Positions 53,812 through 62,624 of a stretch of 64,000 bases of DNA are shown one piece after another; position 1 is the stretch's first letter, and the number at the start of each line of letters is the position of its first letter. Made by a program: the position numbers and the translations under genes. The notes below the pieces were generated by a model, which was not told the origin of the DNA, made no database searches, and worked only from the letters and a program-made list of their open reading frames with translations. The DNA is taken from the IMG/VR virus record IMGVR_UViG_3300034073_005389, positions 1 through 64,000 of that record. One strand, 5' to 3'.

Positions 53812-56800
53812 TATCTAGTCTCTGTGTTAAGAACAATATTGTTTGGAGTAAAATACTCATCATTTTGTGCCTGTATCTTTAATACTTGCCCTTCCTTACC
53901 AGTCTTATTAAAATACAATATTCTTGCTCTGGCAATTCCATTTACTCCTTGAGCTAAATTAATAAGAGTAATTTGATCAATAAAAGCTCCTAAATTAGTA
54001 GCTGTTAATGCAGTAGTCAAAGTATCTCTTACTGTTTGCAATACTGTTGAAGTAGATGGTTTAAATGCTTCATCTATAACTACGTTCATTGTTAAATCTA
54101 ACTTAATTTCTTTTGCCGCCTTGACAATTACATCTGCATTAATAGGTCTAGTGTTTTCTATATTAAAAGTAACATCTGATACTAATTTATTAAAATTGTA
54201 ATTAATAACAATTCTTTCATTTTGTTTAGGTGCGGTATAATCATAAAAAGCTTTATATCTAGCACCAGCATTTGGCTGAGTAAAAGAAGTTAGTGTTAGC
54301 TTAGTTGACTGAGATGTCTTGAAACCACTACTAACAAATACCCTATTAATAAAAGCAAATTTTTTATTTGTATATAACACACCATTCCTGGTATAAGCTA
54401 AGTTCTCAGAATCATTATCATTTACATAATAGAAGGTAACTCTTAATTTGTCCCCTATTCTTGGCAAATTTTGAACATCTGTATTTAAAGTATTATTTTC
54501 CGTAGAAGGAAGAATAAACTCTAAATTAGATAAAGTAGGATCTGATAAGCAATCATTTGCATATAACAAATTATTTTTTATAATAGTATTTTGTAAATCA
54601 TAAGTAGTTAGCACAGAAACCACTTCATCATTAGAATTACTTACTGTTGTTACTTTTTCTAATTTAGCAATTTTAGCTACTCGGAAATTACTAGGTACTG
54701 CCGTCGCAGAAGATATGCCTAATGCCTTGCGCATTGCCTCTAGTAGATTCAATCTTAATCCAGTATTAGTAGCAGTAAATACAATGTTTGTAGCTTTAGT
54801 TACCGTAGTGCCTGCAAAAGTAATAGTCCCAGTATTAGTTATTTGATCTGTTGTAGTAGATGCTAGTCTTGTTAATGACTGTTTTAAATTAGAATAGTTG
54901 AAAAAACTAATGTATACAACATCATTTTCTTTTGCATTTGCTCCAGATGGCAAATACAATCTATTTCCAGCCACATCAATAGTTCCACTTGTATTCCAAA
55001 CTTCTTGACCATCTAATACTCTTACTATAGAAATTTGGTTAGCATTAATTTGCTCTAATGAACTGCTAATTACCATAGTGTTATTAGCTAAGTCATAACC
55101 AACAATATCATACAACCCATTGTTATTGGTACCTGAATTATATATTTTTATTTTTTTATTAAGTAATCCGTCTAACGTAGAAAAGTTAATAGAAAAACTT
55201 CCTAATATAGCGGTAGAGCCATTATTAACTAAGTAACCGTCATTAACAGTAAACAATGCAATGTCAGTGTTTGGCTCTAACACCTGAAAATCCATATTAA
55301 TTTCATTAACAAAATTATTAATTGGAACATATAAAGTGTTAGTAAAAAAATCTTTTAGCAGAGTACCAACTCTGTATTTAATTAAATTATTTTGGAAAGT
55401 AAATGGCTGGTATCTGCGGTTATCAGTAGCGTAATAAATTACCAATACTCTTTCAGAAGTAACAGGAATATTGTAACCAGTTAAAATTAACTGATAATTT
55501 CCAGAAGTTCCGATTGCAATAGTTCCTAAATTATCTGAATTCCATAGCTCATCTCCATCTGACAATCTAATGACAGAAATAACTTGAGAAGCTAATAAAG
55601 TATAATCGTTAGAAGGTAATGTTAGCTCTACATAAAACTGATTGCTAAAGTTTTTTTGTATAACTTGAGATTCTCTCCTAGCTAAATTAACTGGAGTAAA
55701 ATTATTAAATCCAGTATTATTTGCTAATAAATAACCATTACTAACTCTACTGGTAGGCAGGGCATTAAAAGCAGAACTATATAAATCAAATACGCTAGCC
55801 ACATATGAGACTCTTAAATTTATTACATTGGCGGTAGTATCAATATTATCTGCAGGTATTGTAATTTGATTTCCATTTGTACTGCCTACTGAATTAGTGG
55901 CATGAAATACATCTTCTGAGTTTAAAAAGACAGTAACTCTGTCACCATTTTTAACTACAACATCTGTAGGAAGAATAATAGTAGTTGTATATAATATATT
56001 AGCGTTAACTAATACAGGAATACTAGTAAAACTACCATTTGCTTGAGCGGTATTGTACTGTTCTGTATTTGTGTTTTTAACTAGTATAGAATCAATAGTA
56101 TTAGTAATTACTGGAAGATTGCTGAGTACAACAGATAATCTTCCAATAAAGATACCAGATGTAATAGCTACTACTGTACCATCTACTTCAATAGATTTAT
56201 TAGCAGTAGCTACTGAACTTACTGGATGTATGGTTGTACCATTAAAAAAATTTGTACCAGATGTTTTAGTAAAAGTAACTATTTCATTTCTAACAATAGA
56301 TGCATATCCCCAATCAATACTATCATTAACGGCTCTGATATTAGAAGTATTGTATAATCCGTCAAAATCTGAATACTGATCATAAGATACAATCCAGTTA
56401 TAATCTACTTGTAAAACGTCACTAGGAACTGGTAAAGTATTTCCAGAAATTTGTATTCTTCCAGTAGTATTGTATATGCCTGTATTATCTAAATTTTGAT
56501 TTGTTACTACGTATCTTTCGCCAGTATTTACGTTAAATACTCTAGTAACATTATTTAATGGTGTGTGCAATAGTTTTAAAATAGAACGATCTGAAGTAAC
56601 ATCACTGTCTTCATTGGTTATAGAAATATTCTGTTGCGCATCATGTATTTGGATTAATCCGCTAAAAGTAGCTGGATCCTGACCATTAAATTGGTTTTTT
56701 ACTTTTTCATCTTGAAAAAGAGATATTTTATTAGAAATCCAATGAAACTTATCAAAACCCCAAGGAGAACCGGAGTACACTCCAGTGTCTTTAATTAATT

Positions 56801-57902
56801 CATAATTACCAGTTACTCTTCCATAGGAATCAACTGATTTTTGAACAAAGTTAGAGCCACTAACAGACCCAGAAACTTGTAATATCTGGCTAACAGGCTG
56901 TTGTGGTAAGCTGCCCTCACTGATATTATCTATTCTTTTGCGATTAATTGTTTTGTTTTCATCTCCAGCAATTTGTCCTAATACTACATCATTTCTAGCA
57001 TCAGTAGGATCATTATTATTGCTTTTATCTTTATAAATATAAGAATCTGTAGTTTGCTGCAATACATTTCCTAAAACAGCAATATCTACTTTTCCACCAG
57101 TACCTTCACTAATAATAGTGGCTGATCCATCTGGGTTAATTAAAGTAATTGTACCATCTCTAACCATCAATGGATCTCCGGGTTCAATTACCGTAGCATC
57201 AATTACTCCTGTAGTGCTTAACGCGGCGTTTTGATAACCTAAAGTAGTTCCTACACTAGACCCACTAAAAGTGGCTAAAACTCTATTTCTAAATATGGCA
57301 TCTGTTTCTTGGTCAGCTCCACCAGCAAAAGAATTAATGTTGGTAACATTGCTAACTCCTGGAATAGTAGTTCTATTTAAACTATATTTACCTATGTTGC
57401 TTGCGCTTCCAGCAGAAGTAGCAATTACAGTTACTTCTACGGCGTAAAGATCAGTAATACCAGCTAAATCTAATTGATCTCTATATTTAGTGGCTACTGA
57501 TTTATAAAAATTAATAGCTGAAGTAGTGACAGAGGTACCAGTAGTAACAGAAAATGATAATCCATTAGTAGAAATAACAATATCGCCTTGATTGATATTT
57601 ATTGGGGCATCAATAGATGCAAAAGTTAATAATGCTACTCCGCTAGAAGGAATTGCTTGTTTTCTAGTTAATGAAAAGTTTTTAGCTAATTTATCTAAAT
57701 CAGTACCAGCAACTAATCTTAGTGATTGTTTATTAGATACACCAGTTAATTCATCATATAATAAAGATAATTGAGAAGCGGGAGCATCAATAAATAAATC
57801 TCTTGCTACTGTACCTGGTTTAGTATCTAGGTCAGGCTTAGTTAATTTAAAAAAATCTATTAGATTTAATATAATTTCATTGACAGATTTAATATTTACC
57901 AT
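53811..57902 (-). CDS. Baseplate J-like wedge protein (T4 gp6 / P2 gpJ family) with a roughly 1000 aa insertion
   Basis: N-terminal DTKPGTVARDL...DLDKLA.NF.L.R....S.G...GGADQETD..FR.R; C-terminal gpJ-like segment ending N.YF.P..I.L. Confidence 0.85.
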   Translation of the reverse strand: MVNIKSVNEIILNLIDFFKLTKPDLDTKPGTVARDLFIDAPASQLSLLYDELTGVSNKQSLRLVAGTDLDKLAKNFSLTRKQAIPSSGVALLTFASIDAPININQGDIVISTNGLSFSVTTGTSVTTSAINFYKSVATKYRDQLDLAGITDLYAVEVTVIATSAGSASNIGKYSLNRTTIPGVSNVTNINSFAGGADQETDAIFRNRVLATFSGSSVGTTLGYQNAALSTTGVIDATVIEPGDPLMVRDGTITLINPDGSATIISEGTGGKVDIAVLGNVLQQTTDSYIYKDKSNNNDPTDARNDVVLGQIAGDENKTINRKRIDNISEGSLPQQPVSQILQVSGSVSGSNFVQKSVDSYGRVTGNYELIKDTGVYSGSPWGFDKFHWISNKISLFQDEKVKNQFNGQDPATFSGLIQIHDAQQNISITNEDSDVTSDRSILKLLHTPLNNVTRVFNVNTGERYVVTNQNLDNTGIYNTTGRIQISGNTLPVPSDVLQVDYNWIVSYDQYSDFDGLYNTSNIRAVNDSIDWGYASIVRNEIVTFTKTSGTNFFNGTTIHPVSSVATANKSIEVDGTVVAITSGIFIGRLSVVLSNLPVITNTIDSILVKNTNTEQYNTAQANGSFTSIPVLVNANILYTTTIILPTDVVVKNGDRVTVFLNSEDVFHATNSVGSTNGNQITIPADNIDTTANVINLRVSYVASVFDLYSSAFNALPTSRVSNGYLLANNTGFNNFTPVNLARRESQVIQKNFSNQFYVELTLPSNDYTLLASQVISVIRLSDGDELWNSDNLGTIAIGTSGNYQLILTGYNIPVTSERVLVIYYATDNRRYQPFTFQNNLIKYRVGTLLKDFFTNTLYVPINNFVNEINMDFQVLEPNTDIALFTVNDGYLVNNGSTAILGSFSINFSTLDGLLNKKIKIYNSGTNNNGLYDIVGYDLANNTMVISSSLEQINANQISIVRVLDGQEVWNTSGTIDVAGNRLYLPSGANAKENDVVYISFFNYSNLKQSLTRLASTTTDQITNTGTITFAGTTVTKATNIVFTATNTGLRLNLLEAMRKALGISSATAVPSNFRVAKIAKLEKVTTVSNSNDEVVSVLTTYDLQNTIIKNNLLYANDCLSDPTLSNLEFILPSTENNTLNTDVQNLPRIGDKLRVTFYYVNDNDSENLAYTRNGVLYTNKKFAFINRVFVSSGFKTSQSTKLTLTSFTQPNAGARYKAFYDYTAPKQNERIVINYNFNKLVSDVTFNIENTRPINADVIVKAAKEIKLDLTMNVVIDEAFKPSTSTVLQTVRDTLTTALTATNLGAFIDQITLINLAQGVNGIARARILYFNKTGKEGQVLKIQAQNDEYFTPNNIVLNTETR

Positions 57903-57919
57903 ATATTTCCCGCACTCTT

Positions 57920-58351
57920 TTAAATTGTAGAAACTCTAAAAGCTGTAGTAATAGGTTTTAATCCTTTAGTTAAAGCTCTTATGTTTACTTCAAATAATCT
58001 AGGATCAAATTTATTTCTATTAACAGATATATCTAAAACTGCTCCAAGTTGCTCATCAGCACTAACTCTTTGAAAGTTTTTTAGCTGTATTTCTTGCAAT
58101 CCTTTTAAATTTTCTAATGCAACAGTTAATTGTGACTGAGAAATGCTTAATAACATAGTATTATCCATTGGATTTCCAACAATAGTTCTAGATAAAAAAG
58201 AACCGTACCAAGGATGCAAGGGATTAGTGCCTGCTGTAGTGAGGCATAATTTTAATATGTCTTGAATGAGCTTTTCGCTATCTATGACTTGCTGTAAGTC
58301 ACCATTTTTGATAACTAAATCTCCATCAGTAATCTTTAAATCAAACGACAT
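57920..58351 (-). CDS. gp25/gpW-like baseplate wedge (sheath initiator) protein
   Basis: DL....GDL..V.D.EKLIQDI...LT..G.NP.HP.YGS; directly upstream of the baseplate J-like gene. Confidence 0.75.
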   Translation of the reverse strand: MSFDLKITDGDLVIKNGDLQQVIDSEKLIQDILKLCLTTAGTNPLHPWYGSFLSRTIVGNPMDNTMLLSISQSQLTVALENLKGLQEIQLKNFQRVSADEQLGAVLDISVNRNKFDPRLFEVNIRALTKGLKPITTAFRVSTI

Positions 58352-58417
58352 TGTATTAACTCCTGCTTTTTATAATACCGAAATATTATGTAATAAAAGT
58401 ACAATGTCTTATATTAT

Positions 58418-60049
58418 CTATACAGAATAGAAATCTTTATAAATTTTATCCATAATATTATAAAAATCACTAACAGTTTTGCTCAAATCTACTAAAGCAT
58501 CTGTAATTTCTACTGGATTTTGCTCTGGTAAACCTAATTCTTTTACTTCTTTAGCTCTAGAATAAGCGTCCCTATCTAAAAATCCAAGCAAGCTATTAGC
58601 AGGCATAACATATAAAGCCCCCATTATAGCGATTATATCACATAAACCAAACCCGCTAAATTCACCCATAATAATTTCAATGGTTCTTAAAGCGGTATTA
58701 GCTTCTGATAAAGCAGAATCTCTATTGCCAGTTAATTGTTTTAAACTTTCTGCGTTATTATCTCCTAACGCATTAGTAGTATCATTATTATAAGTAATAG
58801 TATAAGCTGGTAATAAAAAACCGCCAACATCAGTTTGATTTAATACAGTGGCTGCCTGAGAATTTAATTGATTTGTTACGTCTTTTAACCCAGCAGCAAC
58901 TACAGCCAAATCTTTTTGAGTTAATAAGGCGGCAGGAATTTTTTGATAAATAGGACTGACAGTACAGCCTGCTTCAGGTCCAGTCTTAGATGGGATTGGT
59001 AGCCAATAATACTGAGATTGAGCGTCTAAAATAGTTTTTTGAGCTTCTGTTAATTTATCTATCATAGAATAAATGATGCCCAAATATTTTAAAAATTGTT
59101 GCTGTTCAGATAAATTATATAATTTACCAGAAACTACTTTTTGTACTAACTCGCTATCTTTAATAGTATCATTATTTAAAATATCATCTACTACAGTTTG
59201 TGGTAAGCTACCAATATTGGCTTTTTGATTGGCTACTCCAAATCTATCTCTAATTATCTTTTCAATCAAAGGTCTAGCAACATATTTAGTTTCATTAACT
59301 CTTAATTGTAACTTATCTCTAACAAAAGGAATAGCTATTTTTTTGTCAGACGTAGTAGTTAAATCAATTCTAGGATCAACCATAAAAGGTTTAATTAAAT
59401 GATATCTAGTAGTACTAAACTTAGTGGGCGTAGTTCCTTCAAACCCTATATATTGATCAAAAGTAACTTTACTATTATTACCTATTAAACTTTCTTTAGA
59501 AATAATATAAGACTGATTAGCTATATTGAAATCTACAGAGCTAGCATCTTTTTTAAATGGAGAAGAAAACTCTCGAATATTACTGCTAGACAATGCCAAT
59601 ACACAAGAATCAATAGAATTATTATTAGAAAATATTTTTAAATTATCATTAACATACTGCTCTCTAGCTAAAGATATCTCTAAAAATCCTTGTAATAAAT
59701 TATTAGCTATAGCTACTTTTTGAGATAATGTAATAGTCCTGCCTGGCTCTACTATAATATCAAGTCCAGGATTATAAATTCCACTATTAGATACAACTGG
59801 TAACCCTAATATTCTATAAAAAGCGTGACATCTACTTTCTTGCGGCTCTTGCTCTGCCTTCAATCCAGAAGTAGTAGGACTACCACTAAAACTATCCTCT
59901 GTAAATTTCTTCAATAAATTTAAATTAGCAGGATCAGTAATATTAATATTGCTTCTTATTGAATCAATTGCTCCAATAAAATCAGAATAAATTTTATCAA
60001 TATTAATATCAAAGTTTTGCGGCTTATTAATATTATCTGCAGCAGCCAT
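58418..60049 (-). CDS. Hypothetical protein, probably structural
   Basis: 543 aa in the baseplate block; TAATG coupling. Confidence 0.65.
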   Translation of the reverse strand: MAAADNINKPQNFDINIDKIYSDFIGAIDSIRSNINITDPANLNLLKKFTEDSFSGSPTTSGLKAEQEPQESRCHAFYRILGLPVVSNSGIYNPGLDIIVEPGRTITLSQKVAIANNLLQGFLEISLAREQYVNDNLKIFSNNNSIDSCVLALSSSNIREFSSPFKKDASSVDFNIANQSYIISKESLIGNNSKVTFDQYIGFEGTTPTKFSTTRYHLIKPFMVDPRIDLTTTSDKKIAIPFVRDKLQLRVNETKYVARPLIEKIIRDRFGVANQKANIGSLPQTVVDDILNNDTIKDSELVQKVVSGKLYNLSEQQQFLKYLGIIYSMIDKLTEAQKTILDAQSQYYWLPIPSKTGPEAGCTVSPIYQKIPAALLTQKDLAVVAAGLKDVTNQLNSQAATVLNQTDVGGFLLPAYTITYNNDTTNALGDNNAESLKQLTGNRDSALSEANTALRTIEIIMGEFSGFGLCDIIAIMGALYVMPANSLLGFLDRDAYSRAKEVKELGLPEQNPVEITDALVDLSKTVSDFYNIMDKIYKDFYSV

Positions 60050-62235
60050 TATACACTATCCTTACTTCTATCTCCTGTTAGATCACTAATGTCAAACCTT
60101 GGCTTACCGTCTGAAGAGTCGCCTTCAGGTATATTAATGCTTGGGCTAAAGATAAATTCATAGTTTATTTCTTGCAAATCTCTAGAAGGAGGCACATTAA
60201 CGTCATCTGGAATATTATTAATACAGAAAATATTATTATCAAAAGAAACCATTACGCTACCTTTACCAGGAGCTTTGCTGGTAAGATCTGAAGTAAAGAA
60301 TTGATATCCATCATAAGTAAATTTGCTCGCCTCTCCAAAAGTAACATGTGCTTTTAATCTATTTGAAAAATCTTCTGCTAAATCTGCAGGAATACCAGTA
60401 GCAATAGAAACCCCGTTCTTTTCTTTTAAGTCTACTGATATCTTAATAGGTTTAGTAGTAAATTGTAATACTGGTGTAGCTGTGAAAGTGCTTTTGCATG
60501 GATCAAACCCTAAACCAATTAAATCAGACAAGGCGTTGTTAGCATCTGATTTTAATTTATCTAAACAAGCTGTAGCTAAAGCCTGGAAGTTAGCCACTCC
60601 ACCTCTAGTTAAATTATTTCTTAAACCTGTTACTGCTAATGTTAAACACTCTTGAGTAGCTTGTAAATTAGGAAAACTAGGTCCATTCAAAATATCTCTT
60701 AATAATTGCAGCTTAAAGACTGCATCTCCAGCCACTAATGTATTAATAAAAGATTTATTTAAAGCAATTTCAGGAACACACCCGGCAGTTATTAAACTCT
60801 TACCAAGCAAAACAGGAATATTAGGCTTAAAAGTATATTCCATGTTTGTAAACAAATAGCCATCTGTAGGGCTTGGAGATGGGAATAAGTTAGTAATTTG
60901 TTGCTTGTGTAAGAAATTATTTAATGTAGCAGGTAGATTATTAGGAGTAATTCCATCTGGATCAAATCCAGTTAATAAAGTAACTCCATCATCTTCATAA
61001 CCAATACCTCCAGTTAACTCAATAACTGCATTGTTAATAGTGGTAACACTATTATCATAATTTTTTAAATTAACAGTTGGTAAAGCGGTAACAATACAAT
61101 CTTGAAAACGAATATATCTAGATTTGCCAGTACGACCCCAATCATTAGGATTGTAATATACTCTTAAATCTATTGTATAAGCCGCTTGATTAGGGGGCGT
61201 CTGAGAAGTATATACTACATCTGTAGGGAAGAAAATGGGCTTAACAGGAACTCCTAAAGAAGCTAAAATAGCCTTTTCTGGAGGAACAGGAACGTCATAT
61301 GCATTGTAAATATTACTAAATGCTTGATCTACTTGTTGCTGTACATCGTACAATTGCCAGCTTTCAGGGCGATAATCAATTGATAATTCATTTAATGGAG
61401 GAGGTAATCCAAGATCTAATAATGATATTTGATTTAAGTATCTAAATGTGCCAGTAGTTCTTGTATAGTCTGTTTTAACAATAGCTGGACATACATCAGT
61501 AGTACAACAGCTATCTGGACCAGTATCTGTACATGGAGGAATAGAGAAGATTCCCGCAGCAATGTCTTTAATGGCTTGAAATACTAAATTAAATATTTCA
61601 AATATAACAAATAAGTTTTGAAAAATACAAAGAGTAGCACCAATTTTATTAGCAATAGCAATAATTGCCGTTGCGTCATCGTAAGCAAATGCCTGCTCTA
61701 GTGCAATAATGTTAGTTAAAATTAACTCTACTAATTTTAGTATTTGAGCAATTAAGTACTCAATTAATGCAATAAGCATTAATATAAGAGAGATAATCAT
61801 TGTTATTAGAGCAAATACTGGAAATAAATTTAAGAACTCAGGAATACAGGTTCTAAATAATTTAATAATAGCGTTTATTAGTTTTTCTGGATTTAATAAA
61901 GAGCAAATAATTTCAATAATACAAATAATTAAATTTAATGCTGGTAAGAAAAATTTATACAGCATTAAAAATGGCATAAACTGGTCTAATAAATTTAATA
62001 AACCATCTAGAATATCTTTACTAAAATTAGCACTTAAATTAGGCTTTAATATACCTGGAGGTAGTAATAATTGCAGTTTTCCTAATACATCTAATAAATC
62101 CTCTGGGAATCCTTCAGGAAAAGTAGTGATATTAGGAATATTTAAAGCAAATGGAACTCCAAACCCCGGAATGGCTGGACCACTAGGCGCGTCTGGAATA
62201 GGAATTGATACATCATTAGGAGAGCAAGGGCACAT
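60049..62235 (-). CDS. Hypothetical baseplate-region protein with a long hydrophobic helical segment
   Basis: 728 aa; residues about 75-230 are almost all Ile/Leu/Phe/Ala helices; Cys-rich flanks. Confidence 0.65.
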   Translation of the reverse strand: MCPCSPNDVSIPIPDAPSGPAIPGFGVPFALNIPNITTFPEGFPEDLLDVLGKLQLLLPPGILKPNLSANFSKDILDGLLNLLDQFMPFLMLYKFFLPALNLIICIIEIICSLLNPEKLINAIIKLFRTCIPEFLNLFPVFALITMIISLILMLIALIEYLIAQILKLVELILTNIIALEQAFAYDDATAIIAIANKIGATLCIFQNLFVIFEIFNLVFQAIKDIAAGIFSIPPCTDTGPDSCCTTDVCPAIVKTDYTRTTGTFRYLNQISLLDLGLPPPLNELSIDYRPESWQLYDVQQQVDQAFSNIYNAYDVPVPPEKAILASLGVPVKPIFFPTDVVYTSQTPPNQAAYTIDLRVYYNPNDWGRTGKSRYIRFQDCIVTALPTVNLKNYDNSVTTINNAVIELTGGIGYEDDGVTLLTGFDPDGITPNNLPATLNNFLHKQQITNLFPSPSPTDGYLFTNMEYTFKPNIPVLLGKSLITAGCVPEIALNKSFINTLVAGDAVFKLQLLRDILNGPSFPNLQATQECLTLAVTGLRNNLTRGGVANFQALATACLDKLKSDANNALSDLIGLGFDPCKSTFTATPVLQFTTKPIKISVDLKEKNGVSIATGIPADLAEDFSNRLKAHVTFGEASKFTYDGYQFFTSDLTSKAPGKGSVMVSFDNNIFCINNIPDDVNVPPSRDLQEINYEFIFSPSINIPEGDSSDGKPRFDISDLTGDRSKDSV

Positions 62236-62256
62236 TGTGTTACTTATATATCACTA

Positions 62257-62616
62257 TTATTTAGATTCACCTAACAACTTAGGCTCTTTGGGACCCTTTA
62301 CATCTTCTACATCTAAAGCTTCTTCTAAATCTTCAATAAAGTTAGAAACTAAAGAATCAATTACTTTAGATAACTTTTCAACTCTTACATTTTCTACATC
62401 ATAATATTTAGCTACTTTAGAAGCTAGTTCCCATAATCCTTGATAAATATCCCTATTCAAATCATCATAAGAATATTGATGCTCATGTTTCTCTAAACTT
62501 TCTGGAGCATGTATTGCAAACATAATAGCATCAGCTAAAGCCGTCATCCCTTGTTCTCTAGCTTCTTCTGCTTGCAATAATAAACGATTGTGGGCTATTT
62601 TATTTAATTTTGCCAT
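62257..62616 (-). CDS. Hypothetical protein
   Basis: 119 aa helical ORF with AAGGA SD. Confidence 0.65.
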   Translation of the reverse strand: MAKLNKIAHNRLLLQAEEAREQGMTALADAIMFAIHAPESLEKHEHQYSYDDLNRDIYQGLWELASKVAKYYDVENVRVEKLSKVIDSLVSNFIEDLEEALDVEDVKGPKEPKLLGESK

Positions 62617-62624
62617 AATTATCC

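Noticed and set aside
1245-62404. Antisense or nested ORFs in the track (e.g. 1245..1535, 20308..20670, 32497..32976, 38347..38700, 56053..56379, 60323..60655)
   Set aside because: They lie opposite well-supported genes, lack an SD or recognisable motifs, and mirror the codon bias of the real strand.
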